Position numbers and translations under genes: made by a program
Part shown: positions 20,399-29,157 of the stretch, piece by piece
Layout of the letters: every line of letters begins with the position of its first letter
Numbering within the stretch: position 1 is the first letter of the stretch
IMG/VR virus record: IMGVR_UViG_3300037067_008637
Span: 1-64,000 of that record
DNA from: a virus
Lineage: Duplodnaviria > Caudoviricetes
Reading direction: 5' to 3' (one strand)
Length of the DNA stretch: 64,000 bases
Notes under the pieces: generated by a model
The model's database searches: none
The model's input: only the letters and a program-made list of their open reading frames with translations
What the model was told of the DNA's origin: nothing

Positions 20399-21851
20399 AA
20401 TCAGGAAATTTAACCTCCAATTCGGATGTTACAAGCCAAATACTGGGCAGTTCTCTGAACCAATCAAAGTTTGAATAGATAGATTCAACATCTGAACAGT
20501 AGTCCGTTAGAAAAATTACACTACTTATTAGATAGTCTTCATTTAGTTGTGTAATTCTTTCAAATACTGGATGATGACTTGTCCCTCCTCTTCCTTTGAT
20601 CTCTCGTATTTGACTTACAAGTTGATTTTTATCTGGACGTTTTTCAAAAATGAATTCCTGTTGAACATCCACATCATGCACCAAGATATACAATCCATCA
20701 AAATACGAAGTAGAATCCAAAACAATCCCAAGAAATATTTTCAAATCGTCATCCGAAATAGATCCGGATGAATCAATTCCAACTACCAGTATCTTTCTAC
20801 CTAAGTTGTTTTTCCATTTCCCTGGGACTCTTGCAAAACGTCGATAGTAAAAATTAGGCATTGTCCAGGATCTACGTTTTTCTGTTTGTACAGGATATAA
20901 TATCGCTGATTCCAACAGAGTATTCCATGGTGTCTCAATTTTGAATATTTCATCAAAATAAGAAATCATGTTTCCTGGAAAATCTCCTTTATTTACAACC
21001 GGACTGTGCCAAAGAGATTTTGCTTTTTGTTTCAGATTCTTCAACGCTGCTTCACATTTTTTATCTTCCTCCGCGTTACCGTTTTCCATAAATGTTGCAT
21101 CCATGGCAAACGAGAATTCTTTACCGTTGGTATGATCTTTAAATGTGGCGATTTTAATTCCGCATGGTCCATCATATATCTTGTATGAGTACCTTCTGTT
21201 ATCTTCTCCAATGCTACTGCTTGGAGTGTTTTCATCATCTCCGTTTCCGTCTGTTTGGGATCCATTCGAATCCCCGTTATCTTTTCCTTTTTGATTGAAA
21301 CTTGATGGGGATGATCCTCCTGGGCCCCCAGGATTTTTAGGACCATCCTTTTTAGAGGGTGCATTTCTATTAACCTCCTTACACAATATCTCGTATACTA
21401 TCTCAGCAGAAGCATTAGGGTGTTCTTTTGCAATTTCCTCAAAATACACACAATTATCTGAGAATGTAACTTTGTTATTTTTTGACGAGATATCTTTTAT
21501 GATGCAATTTATCACATGATCTGTAGCAAGATTCCAAAGTAATCGATCTCGACTTTGAAATCTTACTATGTGTCCACTAATGATGTGCAGAGTTTCGTGA
21601 AGTGTGGCAAAAATAATATCTTCTCTGGTTAAACCTTCCTGAACAATAAAGAATATTTTTTTCCCATCTGTTGCAGCAAATGTTCCTTTTACATATGATG
21701 GAAGTTTTGCATATCCAGGTTCTCCGGGAGCAAATACTGTTTTTTTGAGTCCGTACGAAAGTATCCCAAAATATCTAAGATTCTTTTTGCCTAAGAGAAT
21801 CACATCTGTTTCGGTTATCAACTTGTCAACTGTCTGTAAAAGACTTGCCAT
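20319..21851 (-). CDS. HExxH metallopeptidase-like + vWA domain protein (DUF2201-like)
   Basis: AATDGK...HETLH...WNLATDHVIN, a low-complexity linker, MIDAS IDSSGS, GRGGT and FLTD. Confidence 0.85.
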   Translation of the reverse strand: MASLLQTVDKLITETDVILLGKKNLRYFGILSYGLKKTVFAPGEPGYAKLPSYVKGTFAATDGKKIFFIVQEGLTREDIIFATLHETLHIISGHIVRFQSRDRLLWNLATDHVINCIIKDISSKNNKVTFSDNCVYFEEIAKEHPNASAEIVYEILCKEVNRNAPSKKDGPKNPGGPGGSSPSSFNQKGKDNGDSNGSQTDGNGDDENTPSSSIGEDNRRYSYKIYDGPCGIKIATFKDHTNGKEFSFAMDATFMENGNAEEDKKCEAALKNLKQKAKSLWHSPVVNKGDFPGNMISYFDEIFKIETPWNTLLESAILYPVQTEKRRSWTMPNFYYRRFARVPGKWKNNLGRKILVVGIDSSGSISDDDLKIFLGIVLDSTSYFDGLYILVHDVDVQQEFIFEKRPDKNQLVSQIREIKGRGGTSHHPVFERITQLNEDYLISSVIFLTDYCSDVESIYSNFDWFRELPSIWLVTSELEVKFPDYVDYKHIRIPSGRDLATSGRGTSSIY

Positions 21852-21855
21852 TGAA

Positions 21856-23115
21856 TTACCTCAAAAGTTTCGTAATTTCCACAAGCTTTTTAGATAGAGC
21901 AGCATCTATCTTTTTATGCTTGAGCATGTCAATAATTATTTCCATTCCAGAAGGTGTTCCTAATTTCTCATTCTTGGGTATATTTCCAAGATTGACAATT
22001 GTCATGGATGCAATTTCTTGACAGAATTTTTCCAACTTAGTCAATACCATTACATAAGCATCAACACATGCTTCTCTTATTTTTGTTGTTTCCTCGTTAC
22101 TTAGTTGAGCAACATTAACATATCGTCTATAAAACTCATAGTTACTCGCCGCAGAATAACAATATCTCTCAACCGGATCAGAAGGAATGTTGATGATTTT
22201 CTTATCAAAGATTTCGTGCAAATTTATTTTGCTGTAGATATCATAATGCGTCATGAATCTTTCTGTAGCAACCATACTCACACTTCCTTGGAATATGGCT
22301 TGCACAAAATGCCTTGGTAAATCCAAATTTCCTGTTTCATCATCTGTTCTATGATAATTTCTATTTGTTTCCATAGCTTTGATGAGATTAAAAGCACTAG
22401 TCCAAGAACGAGCAGAACCAAACTGTTCAACGGTACTTTCTTGCTCTTGAAATAGATCTTGATTAGCTTTGTTTTGAAAAAATGAAATACCTAGAGGATG
22501 AAGATGATTGGCAATTGCAAAATTCCTAAGCCAATATTCAACATCTGGTTCTACAAAAATCAAAGTGCTTCGGTTTCTAATGGCCGACATTTGAATTTTG
22601 GCACCAGCAGCACTAGATTCATTTCCTGCAAGAATGAATACAACGTTATCACGGATCTTGTGGCCATTCAACGTATAATACGTGAACAACTCAAATCCAA
22701 TAGCTTGTAAATCACTATCACACAAATGCCAATCATCTAGCAATACAATCACTACAGGATACGTGTCTGCTTTTTGATTGATTTCCCAAATCATTTGGGG
22801 GACGGACCATACTGTATGGAGTTCTCTGTCAATTATTTCATTCTCTCCATCCGTATTTTTTCCATACTTTTCTTTCCAAAGGATCTCGGGAATACCTCCG
22901 AACTTTTCAATTCGTTCAAGTGCAGGAGAATATGTTAAAAACCCCCACCCTCTACCTTTTACCTTGTTCTCAATAAGCCTAGTCTTACCTGCACCAGGTT
23001 TTCCAATCAGCATAAACAAGTTATGCTCTATTCCATTTCCTCTCAATGTAGCCGATTCTAGAGCTAAGTCAACCGCATCGTGAAGGGCAAGATCTATTCT
23101 ATTAGTGTGATCCAT
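21856..23115 (-). CDS. MoxR-like AAA+ ATPase
   Basis: GKPGAGKT Walker A, LLDDWH Walker B, ILAGN, AIRNR, SARSW; adjacent to its vWA partner. Confidence 0.85.
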   Translation of the reverse strand: MDHTNRIDLALHDAVDLALESATLRGNGIEHNLFMLIGKPGAGKTRLIENKVKGRGWGFLTYSPALERIEKFGGIPEILWKEKYGKNTDGENEIIDRELHTVWSVPQMIWEINQKADTYPVVIVLLDDWHLCDSDLQAIGFELFTYYTLNGHKIRDNVVFILAGNESSAAGAKIQMSAIRNRSTLIFVEPDVEYWLRNFAIANHLHPLGISFFQNKANQDLFQEQESTVEQFGSARSWTSAFNLIKAMETNRNYHRTDDETGNLDLPRHFVQAIFQGSVSMVATERFMTHYDIYSKINLHEIFDKKIINIPSDPVERYCYSAASNYEFYRRYVNVAQLSNEETTKIREACVDAYVMVLTKLEKFCQEIASMTIVNLGNIPKNEKLGTPSGMEIIIDMLKHKKIDAALSKKLVEITKLLR

Positions 23116-23139
23116 TTTTGAATTTCCTTAGAGTAGATG

Positions 23140-23169
23140 AAAAAATGGTTCCACTCTAACATGGAACCA
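23140..23169 (-). terminator. Intrinsic terminator-like hairpin
   Basis: Minus strand TGGTTCCA-TGTTAGAG-TGGAACCA followed by TTTTTT. Confidence 0.6.
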
Positions 23170-23188
23170 AATTTTTAAGTTTCGTTAA

Positions 23189-23485
23189 TTATTGACTTTC
23201 AAACTTCTTCCATTCTTGTTGATTAATACCTTCCGTCAACTTCGCAAGAACACCATTAAGACGTTCAACAGTTTTCGGATAGGCAGGAATTTCAACAAAC
23301 GGATACTCAGACACTTCACCTTCTTTATTAGTTCTCCAACGTCTTAGTTGAAGTTTGGGGCGGTATTCATCATACTGCTTTACTTCCACAATTGTACCAG
23401 ATCTGTCCGGATATTCAGGATTATCAGGAACACGGATAGTCTTCAACATTCGTTCTTTGTCTTTTTCGTAAGCCATTTTCTTCAA
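23189..23485 (-). CDS. Possible PC4/YdbC-like ssDNA-binding protein
   Basis: IVEVKQYDEYRPKLQLRRWRTNKEGE resembles the PC4 beta-sheet pattern; 98 aa. Confidence 0.4.
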   Translation of the reverse strand: MKKMAYEKDKERMLKTIRVPDNPEYPDRSGTIVEVKQYDEYRPKLQLRRWRTNKEGEVSEYPFVEIPAYPKTVERLNGVLAKLTEGINQQEWKKFESQ

Positions 23486-23497
23486 ATTCCTTTCGAT

Positions 23498-24220
23498 TCA
23501 TCTGCTTGTACAGAATACCAGTATTGCTTGTGCAAACGGCCAAACATAAGTATTCCATAAATAATCTTTATCCACATCATTACAGTCTACCGATTTGATT
23601 GTTGATTTTCTTACCTTAATTAACCCTGCATCCAAGATAGGTACAAGAAAACAATCATCATCTTTTAACATAAACCAACTTATACTCTCTGAACTTAAAA
23701 TCCTCCTTCTAATGTTCTCTACACCCTGAATGAGCATAGATCTATTTGCATAATTTAGTTCTCTAAACAATTGATAGAAAGATGCGTCATAAAGTTCTTT
23801 GCCTAATCCTTTTACAACAACATCTCCACTTTGGTGAATCTTTAACCACTTTCGTCGATCTGTACTAAATATCAATTTAGAAATAATTCCTCTGAATTCT
23901 AATTTCATTGTGAAATTGGTGAACTTTAAAGGTTTTGTTAATACTACACCATCTTTCTGCCGTAGTATTATTTCATGATCCTTTATATGATTTTCACGAA
24001 GATACAAATCAATTAGATTATCAATTGTGTATTGCAAATATTGGGCAATATCTGGATTGTCTCTTTGAATTAATCCAATCTGAATATTTCTTTGTATTTT
24101 GTTTCTCTTGTTTACGCCACTTAAATCCCATCCAATGTTTTTCAATACATTGTAAGCACACGCAGCAAAATCATACTCATACAGATCAGAAAGAATAAGA
24201 GAACATTCCTTATTAATCAT
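23498..24220 (-). CDS. Minimal family-B DNA polymerase-like catalytic protein
   Basis: YEYDFAAC (motif A-like), RQKDGV (motif C-like), KW...VVVKGL; only 240 aa with no exonuclease domain. Confidence 0.5.
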   Translation of the reverse strand: MINKECSLILSDLYEYDFAACAYNVLKNIGWDLSGVNKRNKIQRNIQIGLIQRDNPDIAQYLQYTIDNLIDLYLRENHIKDHEIILRQKDGVVLTKPLKFTNFTMKLEFRGIISKLIFSTDRRKWLKIHQSGDVVVKGLGKELYDASFYQLFRELNYANRSMLIQGVENIRRRILSSESISWFMLKDDDCFLVPILDAGLIKVRKSTIKSVDCNDVDKDYLWNTYVWPFAQAILVFCTSR

Positions 24221-25257
24221 CTATTGCGTTCAAACGGAGGATATGACAACTGGTTGTTTAAATACAAAATCTTCTTCATGTAATTAGGATCAACGGTAGA
24301 ATACAATAACTCATTTAGTGAAATTAGTGCCTGCCGTACAGTTCCCCAATCATCAAATATCTTTTGAAATCTTGCAGACGCTTTAGAACACCAAATTCTG
24401 TCGGTGTCTGTTAGAGCAGATAGTGGATCTCTTGCCGGATATCCTGGAACAACTACATTGGGAAGAGGTTCATCCACACCGCACATTCCAACAGAAAACA
24501 TTTGGGTAATATTTGCATATTCTGCATCATTGTATTTAATGCCTGTTGCATACAGTTTCTTTCCATTTCCAAAAGGCATGAAACAAATCATCTCGTATTT
24601 AGCATCCGCAACATGCATTAAAAATCCATTGGCAAATGGTTTATTTTCATCATTCATCATACTTAGATGAACATTATCACCAGAAACATATGGAAGTTTG
24701 TGTTGGGGAGATGAAACAAATGCCCTAAAAGTTGGTTGAAGACGATCATCCTTAATTAAAATGATCTCTTGATCTTCGGCAATAGGGGTTGTCTCCATAT
24801 TAGCAACTTTAAGACAATCTGTTTTTTCTTGGAATTCTCGAAATGTTAGATTTTCGATTGGAAATGGTATGCCAATTGCTGCTTGCAATTGTTGTGACAT
24901 GCTGTCATTATTCTCAAAGTATTGCTCCAAGCCATTTGCTAATGACAACGGTATAATTTCAGGAACTTCATCTATAGGTTCTGCTTGTGAAATTGGATCA
25001 ATTGTTGATGTCGACATTGGTTGTTCCTTCATTTTTGAAAAGATTGAAGAACGCATTGCGCTAGAATAATGAAAAGGTGGCTCGGACGAATAAAGATAAG
25101 GAGTCCTTGTCATATATCCGGGAAATGTAGGTTGAATTCTGTCCAGAATCGACGGTGATATTAGAGGAGACTCTCCACCATAAACAGTTGTACTTAATTC
25201 ATCCAACCATCTTCTAACTGCATCCATATCTATACTATCAGTTGTATGTTGTTCCAT
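24217..25257 (-). CDS. Hypothetical protein
   Basis: 346-aa ORF, no motif recognised. Confidence 0.55.
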   Translation of the reverse strand: MEQHTTDSIDMDAVRRWLDELSTTVYGGESPLISPSILDRIQPTFPGYMTRTPYLYSSEPPFHYSSAMRSSIFSKMKEQPMSTSTIDPISQAEPIDEVPEIIPLSLANGLEQYFENNDSMSQQLQAAIGIPFPIENLTFREFQEKTDCLKVANMETTPIAEDQEIILIKDDRLQPTFRAFVSSPQHKLPYVSGDNVHLSMMNDENKPFANGFLMHVADAKYEMICFMPFGNGKKLYATGIKYNDAEYANITQMFSVGMCGVDEPLPNVVVPGYPARDPLSALTDTDRIWCSKASARFQKIFDDWGTVRQALISLNELLYSTVDPNYMKKILYLNNQLSYPPFERNR

Positions 25258-25266
25258 TTTCGTTCC

Positions 25267-26004
25267 TTAATCCAAAGAGCTAAGTTTGAAAAACTCCTCT
25301 TTGTACGTAGGTTCATCTACAAATATTCCGCGTAAAGCAGATGTCACCATAGATTGATTTGGATTTGCTTTAGCTCCTCTTGAGCGAAGACAATTATGCC
25401 GTCCCTTAACCACAACAATAACACCAAGAGGATCTAAAGCCTTCATTAAAATATTAGCCAAACCAGACGTATAGCTCTCTTGCAAAATAGGTTGTCTACC
25501 ATACAATTCAGCTACTCTGCTAAACTTAGAAATTCCAATAAACTTACTTTTCGGTATATATCCGGACCACACATCATATGTTACATTTTCAAAATGGTGG
25601 GGGCATAAACTGTATACAATAGCAGGATTTGTGGTGATGATTAGTTGATCCCCAATTTTAGAATCTTTACTATCCATCGCCGGAAAATCTTTGCCGAGTA
25701 TTTGCATACAAGCTTCTTCACTATTGATTCCCACGCAACGTTCAAGTACCCACATTTTTGCAACTCTTGCAGGAGTTTCTCGGAAGTTTTCATCATCAAT
25801 ATCTAATCCGAAACCATCTCTAAGATCCTCAAGAATCCCTTGAAATTTCTGTGCGATTCCTTCCATAGCTTTAACGTGTTGCGGTTGGACGCCTAAAAAA
25901 CCCACGGTGGGTCGGTCAAAGGTCCTGCCCTCCATAGGGTCAGGACCTTCTTCCAACGATTCTACCATAAACGGTGCGCCCGAGTGATTGAATATATCAG
26001 TCAT
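25267..26004 (-). CDS. folE: GTP cyclohydrolase I
   Basis: ETPARVAK, SLCPHH, GISKFSR, LQE, HNCLRSRG, TSALRGIF. Confidence 0.93.
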   Translation of the reverse strand: MTDIFNHSGAPFMVESLEEGPDPMEGRTFDRPTVGFLGVQPQHVKAMEGIAQKFQGILEDLRDGFGLDIDDENFRETPARVAKMWVLERCVGINSEEACMQILGKDFPAMDSKDSKIGDQLIITTNPAIVYSLCPHHFENVTYDVWSGYIPKSKFIGISKFSRVAELYGRQPILQESYTSGLANILMKALDPLGVIVVVKGRHNCLRSRGAKANPNQSMVTSALRGIFVDEPTYKEEFFKLSSLD

Positions 26005-29000
26005 GTCTATCTTCTCCTTCTGAATTTACTTTACAAGACATGTAGAGATCACTAAGCTTTTCATCCCCAAAATTCAAGGACAATCCTACTACATTCAAAT
26101 AGGATTCCAATATTCTCAAGGATTGTGGTCTATTGTCTTTATCCTCATCTTCATCAATTAACATTGGATTCTGTAAGATATCTGCAAGCATTGCATTCTT
26201 TTTAGCAACTGAATCGGAATGAACTGTTAGTAGATCTTTCAGATAGTCCTTTGCATTGTGTGCTAACCATGCCCACACTTCCATCTCACCAAGTCTGTGT
26301 CCCCCTCTATTGGATTTTCCACCCATAGGCTGAGACGTTTTCTTGTTGTATGGACCTATAGATCTTGCAGAGATTTTATCGCTCGCTCTATGTACAAGCT
26401 TGTCAAAATACATATATCCACATGCGATTGGCTTTCTAATTTCTAAGCCAGTTCCAACATCCGTTAACATATATTTATCTTGCGCACCAACGTAGTCCAT
26501 TGCTTGTTTCAATTTCATAGGTGAAGTGGATTGATAGCTAGGTTGTATTACGTATAACTCATCTATTGCTGTTTCTGTACCTTTTTCGTCTTGAATTCGT
26601 TTGAAATCCTCTAACACTTGAGCACTTGCCCACTTGTTTGGGGTTTCATCAATTATATTCAAGAAAGTCAACAGATCAGAAATTAATTCATCAATCTCTC
26701 CAGCAATCAATCTGGCTTTAAGCTTTTTCTTTAATTGATATACTGCTTCACCCATATGCAATTCACACAATTGGCCGACATTCATTCGAGACACGATACC
26801 TAAGGGATTGATAATGACATCAGGATGACGGCCATCTTCTAATAAAGGCATTTGATCATCCGGAATGACTTTAGCAATAACTCCTTTATTTCCATGTCTG
26901 TTTGCAATTTTGTCACCAATACCAATTGCTTCTTCATATACTCCTCTTATACGGAAAAGGATTCCTCCTACTTTCTCTCCTTTTACGTGATACTTACCAA
27001 TATGTTGATCATCACAGTTTAAGGAGGATAATCCATTTACCATAATAAACGTATCAAGTTCTTCCTTGGACATATACGGTTCCAAACTAGAAACGAGAAC
27101 ATCAAATCTCATGCTTTGTTCTGCAACAAGCGTGTCTATTTTTGCATCAAAGTCATCAATTCGTTTGTTCCAAGTATTGGGAAAAATCTCAACGGAAGCA
27201 ACTTTACAATCGATAGGAGAAACCTGCTCAATTGGTGCTTCGTTGATATTATCAAAACCGTTTTCCCAATCCAGTGTTTTAATTTTACCGTATACTTGTC
27301 CTTTCTTCAAAATTTGATTTGGTTTTGGAAGAGGAACATATCCATCTTTTTCAAGGGATAATAGAACTTGTCCGGATTCTACTTGAAAAGACAATTCTAC
27401 TGAATGAATTGACGTCATTTTCTTACTGACAGACTCTGAAATCATAATTCCATCTTCGTAGTTAAACCCTTTCCAAGGAATAACGGCAGTAAGGAAATTT
27501 CTTCCTAGGGACAATTCGCCATCTTTCAGGAATCTGGATGAACAAAGAATTTCACCTTTTTCGAATCTTTCTCCAGTATTAAATTTTCGTTCCACATAAT
27601 CTATTGAATTCAAATACAATGGACGATATCTAATATTGAAGACTTCAGCCTTCGGTTCATTCTCATCAGTTACATCATCATATGCAACAACCATAAAAAA
27701 TGGATCAACATATGTAACGATTCCATTATGTTTGGCAACATGCAAGAAATTGGTTCTTTCCAAATATGCGGATTCCAAACCTGAACGAACCGTAGCTTTT
27801 TCAGAGTCCACTAGCAAGATGGTTTGTTTAATTTGATTACTTGCCATTTGCAATCTTGTGGCGTCATCATGTTCCATAAACGGCACAAGATTGATAGGAA
27901 GAGAAGTAAGTACAGTTTCATCTACCACAGCGTTAAACATTCCGTTCTCTTTAATGTCTACAATCGGAACGAGATTTTGTATTACGCCGCAACCTTCTCT
28001 GTCGGGAGTATCCGCAGGACAGATTAATCCAAATTGACTTTCATCCATATTTCTCAAATGAGGAGGAACATTGTCTTTCTTAAATCCACCAGGCCCTACC
28101 AAACTGCATTGCATCAAGGCAGCAAGTTCGCCAACTGGATTAACTGGAAAGTTGTAATGAATGATATGAGCAACATCATTCTTCCCATTTTTTGGAGTGG
28201 ACGAATTGCAATTATCAATTAGAATGTTCTGAGGAATAGAAAACTTATCCTTGTGGGTTTTCTTGATTGCTATGAGCATGTCATACATCTTACGGACCAT
28301 TGGTGAAAGAATATACTCAGCTAGGCGTATCCTCTTTCTCCTTACATCCGTATCAGATTTAGGACCTTCCCCAATAGCATAAAGAAGTTCCAACAGAATT
28401 GAATTAGTGTGAAAGAACTGTCTTGTAAAATGATCTACTTCATATGCAGCCTTAATAGAGAAAAGAGTTCCTTCCCCTTTCCTATATTTTTCTGAAGGTT
28501 GATTCATGAAGAACTGACCCAAATATTCACAAGTCTGCTGGTAATTCCTTGCTTGATCCCAATGAAATTCAGCACCTTCCATTATACGAACAATGTATTC
28601 ATTATCCATATATGAAGGATGACTATCCAAGAACTCAGCAACTTCTTCCCGAGTGTGAACAGATGCTAACAATACATCAAATGGAACATCTTTATTAAAG
28701 ACTTGAACATTGATGTTCCCATCTCGTCTATTCAAATCAACACTCATAGAAATTGAATTTGTTCTCAGTTTTAGCATCGAAGTGGTTTTCGATACTTCTC
28801 TGTATATTATTGGAAGATCATACAATTGGAAGATGGGGACTTTTAGAAATCCCCCAATGTAAAAGAATTGATCGTATACCAATGTTGGAACTTGTATTGG
28901 ATACTCATGTTCTTTTCCATCAGGTGCAATCATTTTACAAACAATGATGCGAAATACACTCTTTTTCAAATCTTCTTTTTTCGTTGGTTTCTGTGAGGGT

Positions 29001-29143
29001 CTCCAAGAAGAACCTTGATACACCCATCCCTCAATCATTTGGACTGTTCCAAATATTTGATCAAGATGATATTGTATTGCATCAAGTGTCCATTCTTGCT
29101 TTCGTCTATTTAAGATATTGTCTCTTGTAAATCTAGGATCCAT
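25997..29143 (-). CDS. rpoB: Multisubunit RNA polymerase beta subunit (phage-encoded)
   Basis: CPADTPDREGCG, PFMEHDDATRLQMASNQ, GFNYEDG, GDKIANRHGNKGV, SRMNVGQ, GGHRLGEMEVWA. Confidence 0.95.
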   Translation of the reverse strand: MDPRFTRDNILNRRKQEWTLDAIQYHLDQIFGTVQMIEGWVYQGSSWRPSQKPTKKEDLKKSVFRIIVCKMIAPDGKEHEYPIQVPTLVYDQFFYIGGFLKVPIFQLYDLPIIYREVSKTTSMLKLRTNSISMSVDLNRRDGNINVQVFNKDVPFDVLLASVHTREEVAEFLDSHPSYMDNEYIVRIMEGAEFHWDQARNYQQTCEYLGQFFMNQPSEKYRKGEGTLFSIKAAYEVDHFTRQFFHTNSILLELLYAIGEGPKSDTDVRRKRIRLAEYILSPMVRKMYDMLIAIKKTHKDKFSIPQNILIDNCNSSTPKNGKNDVAHIIHYNFPVNPVGELAALMQCSLVGPGGFKKDNVPPHLRNMDESQFGLICPADTPDREGCGVIQNLVPIVDIKENGMFNAVVDETVLTSLPINLVPFMEHDDATRLQMASNQIKQTILLVDSEKATVRSGLESAYLERTNFLHVAKHNGIVTYVDPFFMVVAYDDVTDENEPKAEVFNIRYRPLYLNSIDYVERKFNTGERFEKGEILCSSRFLKDGELSLGRNFLTAVIPWKGFNYEDGIMISESVSKKMTSIHSVELSFQVESGQVLLSLEKDGYVPLPKPNQILKKGQVYGKIKTLDWENGFDNINEAPIEQVSPIDCKVASVEIFPNTWNKRIDDFDAKIDTLVAEQSMRFDVLVSSLEPYMSKEELDTFIMVNGLSSLNCDDQHIGKYHVKGEKVGGILFRIRGVYEEAIGIGDKIANRHGNKGVIAKVIPDDQMPLLEDGRHPDVIINPLGIVSRMNVGQLCELHMGEAVYQLKKKLKARLIAGEIDELISDLLTFLNIIDETPNKWASAQVLEDFKRIQDEKGTETAIDELYVIQPSYQSTSPMKLKQAMDYVGAQDKYMLTDVGTGLEIRKPIACGYMYFDKLVHRASDKISARSIGPYNKKTSQPMGGKSNRGGHRLGEMEVWAWLAHNAKDYLKDLLTVHSDSVAKKNAMLADILQNPMLIDEDEDKDNRPQSLRILESYLNVVGLSLNFGDEKLSDLYMSCKVNSEGEDRHD

Positions 29144-29157
29144 TGGTACTCCCTCAC

